From the NCBI RefSeq assembly GCF_003018255.1, contig NZ_CP027440.1: DNA of 64,000 nt, one strand, 5' to 3'. The notes beneath the pieces were generated by a model. It ran no database searches. It worked only from the letters and a program-made list of their open reading frames with translations, and had not been told where the DNA came from. The stretch comes from Escherichia coli. Its GTDB lineage: Bacteria > Pseudomonadota > Gammaproteobacteria > Enterobacterales > Enterobacteriaceae. Positions 36,659 through 45,885 of this stretch are shown here, piece by piece. Every line of letters begins with the position of its first letter. Within the stretch, counting starts at the first letter, position 1. Made by a program: the position numbers and the translations under genes.

Positions 36659-37008
36659 CGTGGACTCCTGCGCACCACCCACACGGCGCTGTGCTGGATC
36701 AGTTGTGCGCCGCGAAGATGATGACGCTCCAGCCAGGCGAGGAGCGCCTGCGGCAGCCAGGTGTCGGGCTTACCGCGTTTTGCGCGGGCCAGAATCCGCC
36801 CACCACCCTGAATCAGTAATGCCGCGCCAGCAAGTGCCGAACCGGGGATCAACGGCCAGTAGTGGGTTATCAGGGCCAGCAGAATGCCGAACGCACAGCC
36901 GCCGCCAAGACCGAGAGCCAGCGCCAGAAACAGTTCGCTGGTGGTGAGGCCGCGCCAGACCACGGGCTCGCGGTTGAGGCGGTCGGGGAGAAAGGGGATG
37001 GTTGCCAT
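36655..37008 (-). CDS. ICE membrane protein (TIGR03750-like)
   Basis: Preferred start MATIPFLPDRLNREPVVWRGLT at 37008. Two TM spans. Confidence 0.6.
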   Translation of the reverse strand: MATIPFLPDRLNREPVVWRGLTTSELFLALALGLGGGCAFGILLALITHYWPLIPGSALAGAALLIQGGGRILARAKRGKPDTWLPQALLAWLERHHLRGAQLIQHSAVWVVRRSPR

Positions 37009-37009
37009 A

Positions 37010-37327
37010 TCACAGGACGTCCGAAGCCTGGTTGAGCAGCCAGATGATGACCACCAGAAGAATGCTGCCGACGCCTGCCATCGAGCCCAGATCTTTCCAC
37101 TGCTTGCGTCCGCTCTGGATCTCCGAATAGGTAGCAATACAGTTGTTCGCCACTACCAGAAAACCGACGGCACAGATGGCCAGCGCCAGCAGCACCACGA
37201 TGTCAAAACCGTAGTTTTGCAGCGTCTCCATAATGCCCTTGCCCTGACCGCGTGACGGATCTTCCATCGTCGGCAGGTCGGCGAGGGCGTTAAATGTGGC
37301 GAACAGCAGTAACAGAAACCAGCGCAT
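37010..37327 (-). CDS. ICE membrane protein (TIGR03745-like, pilin-like)
   Basis: 105 aa with a signal peptide and two hydrophobic spans. Confidence 0.6.
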   Translation of the reverse strand: MRWFLLLLFATFNALADLPTMEDPSRGQGKGIMETLQNYGFDIVVLLALAICAVGFLVVANNCIATYSEIQSGRKQWKDLGSMAGVGSILLVVIIWLLNQASDVL

Positions 37328-37336
37328 GATGCCTCC

Positions 37337-37570
37337 TCAGCTCAGTACCAGCCAGAAGCTGACTAGCACCAGTAACAGTGAATGGGCCGCCACCGCGCCA
37401 AAGCTCTGCCAGCTCAGACGCTGGCGGCAGACGCCCTGCCAGGCGACCATTAGCGTCCAGGCACACCACAGCAGCAGGACGCTGGTAAACAGGCCGAGCA
37501 CCAGCAGGCTGACGGTCTCCGGTTTGCTCAGGCTGGCGGCCTGAAAGGCGGCGAGTTGCGAGTCAGTCAT
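37337..37570 (-). CDS. Small ICE membrane protein (TIGR03758-like)
   Basis: 77 aa with two TM spans. In operon order. Confidence 0.5.
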   Translation of the reverse strand: MTDSQLAAFQAASLSKPETVSLLVLGLFTSVLLLWCAWTLMVAWQGVCRQRLSWQSFGAVAAHSLLLVLVSFWLVLS

Positions 37571-37871
37571 CGGGATTCTCCTGCTGGTAGTTGGCGCTCA
37601 GGGGCTGAATAGCACGCGGCTGTGCTCTAGCCGGGGCAAGATAGCGGCGAATGCCTTGTTCAACGACAGAGATGTCCTGCTGCGCCTGTAAGTAGTCGAA
37701 GAAGTAGCGCGCCTGCGGATCGTTGCTGGCGCTGGTCCGGGCGTGCTCCAGCGAGGTTTTAACGCCGTCGAGTTGCTTCAGCGCGAGGGCGAGCTGGGTG
37801 GATTCCGGGGAGGCGATTACCAGTACCGGGAAAGGTATTATTAACAGTAATAGTGCTGTCTGGGACTGCAT
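37563..37871 (-). CDS. RAQPRD-family ICE protein
   Basis: 102 aa. Signal peptide and a near-canonical motif ARAQPRAIQP. Confidence 0.7.
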   Translation of the reverse strand: MQSQTALLLLIIPFPVLVIASPESTQLALALKQLDGVKTSLEHARTSASNDPQARYFFDYLQAQQDISVVEQGIRRYLAPARAQPRAIQPLSANYQQENPDD

Positions 37872-37872
37872 T

Positions 37873-37917
37873 TGAAGCTCTCCTTATACTCAATGATTAG
37901 CAAAGTAGGAGAGCTTC
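37873..37917 (-). promoter_or_regulatory. 11-bp hairpin that includes the SD of the RAQPRD gene
   Basis: On the minus strand, TGAAGCTCTCC ..23 nt.. GGAGAGCTTCA followed by AATG. The 3' arm contains the AAGGAGAG SD. Confidence 0.5.
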
Positions 37918-37938
37918 AGAGGTGAAGCAGCTAAAAAA

Positions 37939-39180
37939 TCATTTCACTACATGAAGAATTTTTAGCATAGAGTTGTCAATGGTCTGTTTGATTTTCTCGT
38001 AATAAATTGGTTCAGATAATGGCGAGTCCCAGGTATGTATATCATTTTTATCAAAGGGAATACATTTCATCGCTGTCTTTTTTAGTTTTTTCCCTTTTTG
38101 TTCGTACTCGTCAATGTCATTTACAGTGAATTTCAAACTTTCTATTCTTGCTTTGACTATTGCTGTTGGGCAGATGAGTTTTATATTCCCTAAAGTAAAT
38201 GTGTTAACTCCAGTAATGAAGAATCTATCAGGGATGTTTTTATAGTATCGAGTATTCCATATTTTACCATTAAACATACCTGCTGGGTGAGTTGCTCTTT
38301 CAATATAGTATTCATGGGTTCTCTGGTCACTAATCCCTGAAAGATTCATTGTCATATTAGCTATCATGTTGGGAATAGGTCTGTACCAAACGCTAAGTGC
38401 AGCGGTTGCGACAGGTATAAATATTAAAACAACAATAATTCCTGTCATTTTATTGCCGTTTTGCCGTTCATTAATATGTATGATACCAGGCAGAATGCCA
38501 ATTGTAACAATAACTACAGTTATGGCAATGAGTATGCTCATCTCATACCAGTCACTAGTACCCTCACTGAAATTAAGTTGGTTAAACAGAAACATCATTG
38601 GTAATATTTGTACTACTCCAGGTATTATAAGTTGTAAGGATAACCAGAAGTTGAATCCTTTCTTTCTGGATAGTTTTTCGTATCGCACTGTATTATTTAA
38701 GCGAGATTTTTGTTTTCTAAATAGCCGAATCGCACATGTAACATAGCTGTGAATAAATATGGAAATAATACTAAAGGCTGTAATTATGTAGCCATTCCAT
38801 TTTGTCATGTAATAAATGTAATAAGCAATGATTAGCAGGCAGCATATAAATAAGCTATTCTGATAGCAAACAGTAGAAATCCGATGGGTGATGCTAGAAT
38901 ATACCTTTAACTTGTTTTCATATCCAGAGTAAATAAGTATTAAAATAAAAGATGAGATGAAAATTATTAGGCTGAATCCTGATATCGATAATAAAATAAA
39001 AAAGAATATAATCCCTAAGGTTGAACTGAGGTTTACAGCATCGAAAAAAATATCTAATCTATCAATGTTTGATAGGTAAAACCATATAACTGCTATCGTG
39101 AATCCAGTGATGAAGGTAGATGAGGTTACTACTGAAATAATGAATTTTTTGTTTATGATATTAAAAATAGGTTTGTCCAT
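37939..39180 (-). CDS. Polytopic membrane protein of unknown function (cargo)
   Basis: 413 aa, very AT-rich. About 8 hydrophobic spans, then a ~140-aa soluble C-terminus. No recognised motif. Confidence 0.6.
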   Translation of the reverse strand: MDKPIFNIINKKFIISVVTSSTFITGFTIAVIWFYLSNIDRLDIFFDAVNLSSTLGIIFFFILLSISGFSLIIFISSFILILIYSGYENKLKVYSSITHRISTVCYQNSLFICCLLIIAYYIYYMTKWNGYIITAFSIISIFIHSYVTCAIRLFRKQKSRLNNTVRYEKLSRKKGFNFWLSLQLIIPGVVQILPMMFLFNQLNFSEGTSDWYEMSILIAITVVIVTIGILPGIIHINERQNGNKMTGIIVVLIFIPVATAALSVWYRPIPNMIANMTMNLSGISDQRTHEYYIERATHPAGMFNGKIWNTRYYKNIPDRFFITGVNTFTLGNIKLICPTAIVKARIESLKFTVNDIDEYEQKGKKLKKTAMKCIPFDKNDIHTWDSPLSEPIYYEKIKQTIDNSMLKILHVVK

Positions 39181-39225
39181 GGTTTGAATTCCATCTCTAA
39201 AAAATTTCTTGTCTTGTGTTTTTTA

Positions 39226-39510
39226 TCACCAATTTACAGGTAAGCGCCGATGGGTATGAAACACGCGTAAAACCTGAATTATATTATTTCGTACTCGATA
39301 GGGAATGATATAAGGGTAATTATGAAGAATGAGCTCACGTGTTTCAGGTACCCTTCCTTCCCGGCCCATAGCGGGTTGCTCTTTGAGCAGTTGCGTAAGT
39401 CGCCAGACTTCGTTCACAAACCGTTCCGCAGCCTGCGGATCGTCTTCAGCAATATACCGGAACTCAGCTTCGAGATTGGCAATGGCTTTACGTAGCCACT
39501 TAATTTCCAT
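39226..39510 (-). CDS. RelE/ParE-family type II toxin
   Basis: 94 aa. Ends ..YIIPYRVRNNIIQVLRVFHTHR, typical of ParE/RelE. Overlaps the antitoxin stop. Confidence 0.8.
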   Translation of the reverse strand: MEIKWLRKAIANLEAEFRYIAEDDPQAAERFVNEVWRLTQLLKEQPAMGREGRVPETRELILHNYPYIIPYRVRNNIIQVLRVFHTHRRLPVNW

Positions 39511-39745
39511 CTGGCTTTACTCCCAGACGTTGAAACAGCTTATCCACCTCATCTGAAGTGGCAAAATCACCGGCATCAGCTTCCTGAATGGCCTGCTCAA
39601 TCTCTGCAACTTGCCAGGCCTCCCGGGCAACATAATCTTCAATTGCCTGATTTGCCAGCCAGGACTTTGAGCGTCCGGTCGCTTTTGATAATGCTTCCAG
39701 TTGCGTGGAAAGATTGTTGTTTAAACGGACTGACATTACGCCCAT
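39500..39745 (-). CDS. RHH (CopG/ParD-like) antitoxin
   Basis: MGVMSVRLNNNLSTQLEALSKATGRSKSWLANQAIEDYV is a ribbon-helix-helix motif. GAGG SD before the ATG at 39745. Confidence 0.75.
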   Translation of the reverse strand: MGVMSVRLNNNLSTQLEALSKATGRSKSWLANQAIEDYVAREAWQVAEIEQAIQEADAGDFATSDEVDKLFQRLGVKPDGN

Positions 39746-39810
39746 ATTGGTGGCCTCATACACATGTACACATTGTATACATTGTAGTGAGGTGCGATTT
39801 TTTGAGCAAC

Positions 39811-40458
39811 TTATAACCAACGTTTAAAGCTTCCTGCTGCCATCCATACCGCTATCCCGGACCATAAGGCGGCAGGAAGTAAAACCAGCATCGCGGGCAG
39901 AGAAAATGGCTGCGCCAGATAAACCACCCAAAGCGTGGTGGTGACTGAACTGCCGCACCTGATGACATAACGGTGGAGAAAAATGGATTCCAGCCCGGAG
40001 CCAAACCGTCTTAAATCCCGGTGTACCAGGCCTTCTGTCAGCCCGGTTACAGCACTGAGGCACAGCAGTGGCAACATGATAACCAGCCACGTCAGGCGCA
40101 GCGCAAAGCTGATCATGGTATAAGCCAGGACGGTAACGGGTTCGTGGAACAACCGACTCACGGCCTTATGTCTGACATCATTAACGCGGGTTATTCCATG
40201 CTCCAGCAGTACTCGTATCTCTTTCCCCAAAGGATGTGGCTGTACCGCAATAATCAGTTCCACCTTCTCCTGCCTCATCACCTGAAAAACATGCCTGCTC
40301 CCTTCCTGCGGCCACCAGAAATATAGCCCCACTAGTTCCAGCACCACTCGCAGCACCAGCGTACCGATAACCAGCCCAATAATCCGTCCGGCCAGTGACA
40401 ATAGCCAGCCAATCGGTCCCTGTGGTGGGCGTGACGGAGGCGGTCGCAGCTCACTCAT
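39811..40458 (-). CDS. ICE membrane protein (TIGR03747-like)
   Basis: Preferred start MSELRPPP at 40458 in an ATGA overlap with the TraD stop. About 4 TM spans. Confidence 0.6.
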   Translation of the reverse strand: MSELRPPPSRPPQGPIGWLLSLAGRIIGLVIGTLVLRVVLELVGLYFWWPQEGSRHVFQVMRQEKVELIIAVQPHPLGKEIRVLLEHGITRVNDVRHKAVSRLFHEPVTVLAYTMISFALRLTWLVIMLPLLCLSAVTGLTEGLVHRDLRRFGSGLESIFLHRYVIRCGSSVTTTLWVVYLAQPFSLPAMLVLLPAALWSGIAVWMAAGSFKRWL

Positions 40459-42473
40459 TCCGTTAGCCCCTGCTGGCGCGCCTGCATCCACGCCGCCAGT
40501 TGCGCGACAGAATCTGGTAGTGGGCATTGCTTATCCGCTACGGGCAGCGGCAGACGAATTTTCCACAACTGCCCGCCTTCCAGCAGGGCAAAAGCCTGGC
40601 CTTTGGGGAGCTGGATCAGCGCGGCGGTATCCAGCAGCGGTACATTGCGGGTGGTCACCTGCTCGCAGGTGTTGCTGGTAAAGCCGTTGATGCCGCCCGG
40701 CGTGTCGGTGACACCTGAACTGACCTGGCGGCTGCGCACTTCCACCTGTGGCAGTTGCTTCGTCAGCAGTTCGGCGGTGGCGGTTTCGCGTACCCGCAGC
40801 ATAATCAGGTTGTTGAAGTTACCCACCACCTGGCCTGTCTTTGGTGCGCTGCCGATACGGGCCTGAATATCACTCAACGTCTGCGTGTAGGCGGTGACCT
40901 GAATGCCCGCACCGCCGCCCTTGTTGACCAGGGGAATAAACTCCTCGCCCATCAGTTCATTAAACTCATCGCAGTGCAGATTGATAGGCGGCGGTTTTTC
41001 GCTATTGCCGGGCAGTCCATCATTGAGGCCAAATTTATACAGATGCCCGGCGACGCTCACCAGATCGGCAAACATCGAATTGCCGACGGCGGCAGCGACC
41101 ACCGAATCGGAGAGCGCGTCCAACCCGACATAGACTACCGCCTTCTGGCGGATCGCCTGTTGCCAGTCGAGGATCGGACGCGCGTCGTCCAGATCGTGGT
41201 AATCCGGGGCCAGCAGGGCGGCAAGCGTGCCGGTGGTCAGCTTTTCCAGCAGTGGCAGCAGTGAGGCGACAATCTTGTCGAAATAGGTTTTGTCATAGCG
41301 CACCGCCGAGAGCAGGCCATCGAGGATCGGATCGTATAATTTTTCCGCGTTGAGGTACTGCTCCAGCGCCACCACGTGAGGATCGCGGCCCAGCATGTGG
41401 CGCGGCGTGTTTTTGTCGTTAACGCGCTCCGCCAGTTGCACCACCACTTCCCATGACCGCGTGTTGTGGCGCGGCAGCACGATGCGGGCATAGTCGATAA
41501 ACAGGGCGTCGATATTGACGACGTGGCGGGAAATTAACTGATAGTCGGGGCGCTGGCCGAGCGCCACCAGGGCGCGGGCGATGATGTTGACAAAGCGCCA
41601 GGCGAACTCGCGAAAGGCCGCCGAGTTGCCTTCGCCGGAAAGCTGACCAGTGAGGCGAGACGCCACCTCCGAAATGCGGCCAAATCGCCCGATAGCGTTG
41701 TAGCGGGCGGAGAACTCCGGGTACGCCAGATGGAACAGGATAAAGCGGTCGCCGCGTCCGGCGCGCTGCGCTTCTTTCCACATACGCTTCAGCAGATCCG
41801 CGTCGCCTTTCGGATCAAAAACGATCACCACCTCGCCACGGCGGATGTCCTGAGTGGCAAGCAGTTCCGCCAGCCGGGTTTTGCCAACGCGGGTGGTGCC
41901 GAGCACCAGCGTATGGCCGGGGCGTTCACTGAGCGGCAGAGTGACGTCGCACTCTTTTAGTTCCACCCCATGCAACCACGGATTGCCGCCTACGGGTGGC
42001 AGCGGACGTACTGGGTTCAGCCAGCGATCGGCGCTGAGCAGTCGGGCAAGGCCGGGCAGGGTATGCTCGCTGCGTTTTTCGATGTGTCTTGCCAGGCGGT
42101 AACACCATCCGGGGCGCAGCCAGCGTGCGGCTTCCGGTTGCAGGCAGTCGTACAGACGCTGTGTGTGGATGGGCTGCCAGCGAAAGCCTTTACCGAGAAA
42201 CAGCCTCTGGCGGCTGACGGGGATTTTCCGGCTGGTGAGCGCGTAGCGCGGCAGGCGCAGGAGGTTACGCTGGTAGCGTACGATTTGCCATCCCTGCCAG
42301 CCGCGCCGCAGGGCCAGAAGCATCAGGGCACTGGCCATCATGCGGGCCTGCCACGGCGTCAGCATCAGCAGCGGGGCCTGCGTCAGGCAGATTAATGCGC
42401 CACAGCCAGCGATGACGGTGCTGTAAAACTCCACGGGTGGGCGCAGCAGCGCCTCCAGCGCGTAGCGGCTCAT
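40455..42473 (-). CDS. Conjugative coupling protein TraD (PFGI-1 class, TIGR03743-like)
   Basis: 672 aa. N-terminal TM spans, Walker A VLGTTRVGKTR and Walker B-like VVIVFDPKGD. Confidence 0.85.
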   Translation of the reverse strand: MSRYALEALLRPPVEFYSTVIAGCGALICLTQAPLLMLTPWQARMMASALMLLALRRGWQGWQIVRYQRNLLRLPRYALTSRKIPVSRQRLFLGKGFRWQPIHTQRLYDCLQPEAARWLRPGWCYRLARHIEKRSEHTLPGLARLLSADRWLNPVRPLPPVGGNPWLHGVELKECDVTLPLSERPGHTLVLGTTRVGKTRLAELLATQDIRRGEVVIVFDPKGDADLLKRMWKEAQRAGRGDRFILFHLAYPEFSARYNAIGRFGRISEVASRLTGQLSGEGNSAAFREFAWRFVNIIARALVALGQRPDYQLISRHVVNIDALFIDYARIVLPRHNTRSWEVVVQLAERVNDKNTPRHMLGRDPHVVALEQYLNAEKLYDPILDGLLSAVRYDKTYFDKIVASLLPLLEKLTTGTLAALLAPDYHDLDDARPILDWQQAIRQKAVVYVGLDALSDSVVAAAVGNSMFADLVSVAGHLYKFGLNDGLPGNSEKPPPINLHCDEFNELMGEEFIPLVNKGGGAGIQVTAYTQTLSDIQARIGSAPKTGQVVGNFNNLIMLRVRETATAELLTKQLPQVEVRSRQVSSGVTDTPGGINGFTSNTCEQVTTRNVPLLDTAALIQLPKGQAFALLEGGQLWKIRLPLPVADKQCPLPDSVAQLAAWMQARQQGLTE

Positions 42474-42988
42474 GGCGGTGAGGCCTGTTGCAGATGGCGG
42501 CTGACCAGCTTGCGGTATCGCGCGGCAGGCGCGCCGCCAGCGGGACGATGATAGCGGGCGGCGGCATTGAGCCAGCTTCCGGGACGTTCATCGTAGCGCT
42601 GACGCAGCAGTTGCGCGGTGAGCGACAGGTTTTGAAGGGGATACAGGGCGTCGCAGGGAGAGTCAAAATATGCCTGGTGCCAGCCGATGTTGATTTGCCC
42701 GAGTCCCACGTCAATGCGCTTTGGGCTGGTGCGGCGGATGGCAACCAGCAGCGCCTGGCAGGCCTGCTCCCGGCTGGCATAGCGGTAGCCGGTCCCGCTG
42801 ATATTGAGCGTCCACGGCCACGGAAGATGTCTGCCGCTCAGGTTCGTGCCGCTTTCGGTTTGTGTGACGGCCCACAGCAGCTCCGGCGGCACGCGGAAAT
42901 GCTCCGCGGTGCGCAGGTACGCTTCTGGCAGCGGCTGTGCCAGCGCCAGACAGGGTAGCAGCAGGATCAGGGCAGGACCTCGCGCCAT
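42470..42988 (-). CDS. Lytic transglycosylase (SLT domain), secreted
   Basis: Signal peptide. LLWAVTQTESG (catalytic Glu motif) and GLGQIN. Confidence 0.75.
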   Translation of the reverse strand: MARGPALILLLPCLALAQPLPEAYLRTAEHFRVPPELLWAVTQTESGTNLSGRHLPWPWTLNISGTGYRYASREQACQALLVAIRRTSPKRIDVGLGQINIGWHQAYFDSPCDALYPLQNLSLTAQLLRQRYDERPGSWLNAAARYHRPAGGAPAARYRKLVSRHLQQASPP

Positions 42989-43641
42989 TGCTCCCCCTTA
43001 CGTTCCAGCGCCACCGGGATTTTGCTCTGCCCCAACAGGAGCCAGCGGCCCGCGTCGTGGTTAAGCGTGATGCTGTGTTCACCCACCAGTTTTGCGTCGA
43101 TGCCATGCGCCATCGCCCATCGGCGCACCCGGTTATCATCGCCTTCACTCCCAACCAGCCAGATATCCAGCGGGCGCTGTTGCGCCAGCAGGGTACGCAG
43201 CAGGCTGTCGCAGGGCGGGCAGTCATCTTTAACAAATAGCGAAACGCGGGAAGTACTGGCAGAGGTGGTTTTCAGCGGCGTCAGGCCCGGATACAGGCGC
43301 TGCCAGGCGGCATCATAAGCACGCTGGAAGGCGAGTTCTTTCTCCAGCCGCTGGTACTCCTGCCTGACCAGCAGTTCGGCAAAGCGCTGGCGTTCGTGGT
43401 CAGTGTCGGCTTCTACGCCGAGTGTGGTCAGTGGATCGAGCCCCGGCGACCAGACGCCGCGCGCCTGCTGTTTCAGCGTGAGATAGCGCTGCCACTCCTC
43501 TGGCGTGATGCCCCAGACGGTGGCCTGCTGCTGCGTGGTCAGTGGTTGCAGGGCTGAACCCACGTTCTGGCTGGTCTGCACCTGAAGCGGTTGCGCCCAC
43601 GTGCTGGCGGTGAACAGTAACAGGAGAATCAGGCGTTTCAT
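42967..43641 (-). CDS. ICE periplasmic protein (TIGR03759-like, thioredoxin-like CxxC)
   Basis: 224 aa. Signal peptide and DDCPPCD. Confidence 0.6.
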   Translation of the reverse strand: MKRLILLLLFTASTWAQPLQVQTSQNVGSALQPLTTQQQATVWGITPEEWQRYLTLKQQARGVWSPGLDPLTTLGVEADTDHERQRFAELLVRQEYQRLEKELAFQRAYDAAWQRLYPGLTPLKTTSASTSRVSLFVKDDCPPCDSLLRTLLAQQRPLDIWLVGSEGDDNRVRRWAMAHGIDAKLVGEHSITLNHDAGRWLLLGQSKIPVALERKGEQWREVLP

Positions 43642-43644
43642 CGC

Positions 43645-44301
43645 TTACTCCGGTACTTTCAGCGTCAGCTGGCGTTTACCGTGGCGGAATACCGCCCGGC
43701 GCTCATCAAACCGCGCCAGCCGCCAGCCGTGCCACTGCTCCCCGATACGCAGCCACACTACCTGATGGAGATAAAGGGCCTCCGGCGGCACGATCACTGC
43801 CAGTCGGATATCGCCGCGCTGTACGGTTCCGGCGAGAAAAAACGGGGCCGTTAACGGCCCCAAAGGGTGGAGGGACACGGGATGACGGTAAGCCACCGTC
43901 TGGGGGAGGGAATGGTCGCTGGTAAAACAGACTTCACGGCGGTTTTCGTCTGCGGTCATTCGCCATGCCGGGCCTGCCAGCAGTTGCAGGGCGGCCTTCA
44001 GGCGCAGCGGGCCGGTGTGGTACTGGTTCAACGGTAACGGGAGGCCATAAAGCTGCGCCCGGCGCGCATCGGAGAGACACAAAGACCAGCCGCTGTCGCG
44101 CAGCAGGTACTGCAATGCTTCACCGACTGTCGGGTGAAAACCGGGCGGAACGGACAGGGTGGTAAGCTGTTCGAGTGGCGGTTGTTGCGGTGACGTGCTG
44201 ACCAGCAGATAGCGGTCGTAGCGGACGACTTCTGGCGTTGCAGGGGAGGCGGCCACGCCGTTGAAAATAAACAGGAGCAGAGCTGTCAGCAGTCGTTTCA
44301 T
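43645..44301 (-). CDS. PilL-like ICE lipoprotein/pilus protein
   Basis: Preferred start MKRLLTALLLFIFNGVAA at 44301 (GGAGGA SD). Positional equivalence to pilL2 in this ICE family. Confidence 0.5.
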   Translation of the reverse strand: MKRLLTALLLFIFNGVAASPATPEVVRYDRYLLVSTSPQQPPLEQLTTLSVPPGFHPTVGEALQYLLRDSGWSLCLSDARRAQLYGLPLPLNQYHTGPLRLKAALQLLAGPAWRMTADENRREVCFTSDHSLPQTVAYRHPVSLHPLGPLTAPFFLAGTVQRGDIRLAVIVPPEALYLHQVVWLRIGEQWHGWRLARFDERRAVFRHGKRQLTLKVPE

Positions 44302-44414
44302 CGCATCCTCCACAGTGCTTTTACAGGAGCGTGCCGGATGAGAGGGCTGGGGACTACCGACAACTGTTTGCTGCGTCAAAAAATAGCGCCCGTTATTCCG
44401 GGCGCAAAATCAGA

Positions 44415-44795
44415 TCAGTAAGGGAATCTTTCCCCCATCAGCCCCAGCGTGGCGGCGATGGGGATGCCTTGCTCAGAAAAATGAACGCGTAACGTCAATC
44501 TGACGGTTTGCTGCTGCGTGCTGCCGTTGGTTTTTTGCGTCAGCACCGAGCGGTAATCGATACGAATGGTGCGCTGCGGCGGTTGGTGGGAGATAAAGGC
44601 CACTACCGCTGCCATTTCAACACCTTTCAGCAAGTCCCTGATGGCGTTGTCATTCCGGTCTTCAAGACAGTGCTTGTGGGCCGGAAGGGTAATGGCCAGA
44701 TCCAGTGGCAAGCCAGCGTCCAGCGCCTCGTCATCAAGGTTAATCAGTTTGCCCCGGTCAAGGGCTTCTTCGCGTGAGTTCAATACGGTATTCAT
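44415..44795 (-). CDS. Hypothetical ICE protein
   Basis: 126-aa ORF in backbone orientation. No recognised motif. Confidence 0.5.
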   Translation of the reverse strand: MNTVLNSREEALDRGKLINLDDEALDAGLPLDLAITLPAHKHCLEDRNDNAIRDLLKGVEMAAVVAFISHQPPQRTIRIDYRSVLTQKTNGSTQQQTVRLTLRVHFSEQGIPIAATLGLMGERFPY

Positions 44796-44868
44796 CGTGC
44801 GTCTCTCCGGTAAAAGGCCAGGGAAACGCCCCGACGGGGAATTTCCCCGGCAGGGTGAATGCTGTGCG

Positions 44869-45312
44869 TCAGAACTGCGCTACAGGCTCTGCTGGCAGTG
44901 CGGCTGGCGCTGGCTGAGGTTCAGCTTCGCGCTCTGCCCGGTAAACCTCTTCACCGTCAATTTTGATGAGCCCGATGTGCAGCAGATGGGCCTTCAGGCT
45001 GACGCCGGTTTCGCCTTTACGGTCGCCTTTGCTGTAGACAAAGGTGTCGGCGTACAGATCGCCGAGGCGGAACTGGATCAGCACCTTGCGTTTCTGCTCG
45101 CAGGCGTCGATACAGCGGCGCACCAGTTTCTGCGCTTCCTTGCCGCTGACGCGGCAGTCGAACCAGGTGTGCTCCGCGTTGCTGGCTTCGCCCCGTAGTG
45201 CGGCAATGTCGCAACACAGGAACGGTTCGCCTTTTTTCGGGGTCACTTCCCGGATCCGGTTGAGGTAGCCCAGACCGCTGGTGTACAGGTTGAAGTAGTG
45301 GGTATCGTTCAT
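44869..45312 (-). CDS. DUF3577/STY4534-like ICE protein (SSB-like)
   Basis: MNDTHYFNLYTSGLGYLNRIREV...FLCCDIAALRG matches my recollection of the STY4534 family N-terminus. Confidence 0.6.
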   Translation of the reverse strand: MNDTHYFNLYTSGLGYLNRIREVTPKKGEPFLCCDIAALRGEASNAEHTWFDCRVSGKEAQKLVRRCIDACEQKRKVLIQFRLGDLYADTFVYSKGDRKGETGVSLKAHLLHIGLIKIDGEEVYRAEREAEPQPAPAALPAEPVAQF

Positions 45313-45553
45313 GGTGGTATCTCCGTGTTGAAGGTGCGGAGCGCCCCATGCGCGGGAACGCCCCGCTTCGGGTTTGGCTCATTGGCTGCAAGGCCTCTGA
45401 GTTACTGGCAGTACGGGCATTCCGCGCTGTGCGCCTCCGCGTTTCAGGAATGCATGGCGGGTTTTGGGGTTGACCTGTTTAGTTGAATCTTCGGTAGGGA
45501 GAAACGAAAGGTGGAATTGTTTTTACGGCGTGAAAGTTGGAAGTACAGAATGC

Positions 45554-45577
45554 AAAAAGGCCTTAATAACTAAGGCC
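45554..45577 (-). terminator. Rho-independent terminator (minus strand)
   Basis: GGCCTTA/TAAGGCC stem with a 5-nt loop, followed on the minus strand by TTTTT. Confidence 0.6.
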
Positions 45578-45595
45578 CTGAAAGTTAGCTAAATA

Positions 45596-45778
45596 TTATT
45601 TCCGGCGGTCATCGACTTCTTTGGCGACACCTTTAAAGGGAGTGCCGTCCTGCTTCTGGTCGATAAAGCGACCTGTCGTTGTATCGCGTTTGGTGTAGTT
45701 GCCATTCTGCGGATTCTGAACCTGTGTGCGGTCTGTAACAGAGCCCTTGCGATAACCGTCTCCGGTATTCTTGGCCAT
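45596..45778 (-). CDS. Small hydrophilic protein (60 aa)
   Basis: ORF followed by the terminator. Gly/Lys/Asp/Thr-rich. No firm family. Confidence 0.4.
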   Translation of the reverse strand: MAKNTGDGYRKGSVTDRTQVQNPQNGNYTKRDTTTGRFIDQKQDGTPFKGVAKEVDDRRK

Positions 45779-45885
45779 CTTAACACTCCGAAAAATGAGG
45801 AATATTCCTCAGAGAGGATCATCAGACTGCCAATTTGAACGAGCAATCAGGGAAAAGTAAAAGTGTGATGCAGGAAACAGGTTAT

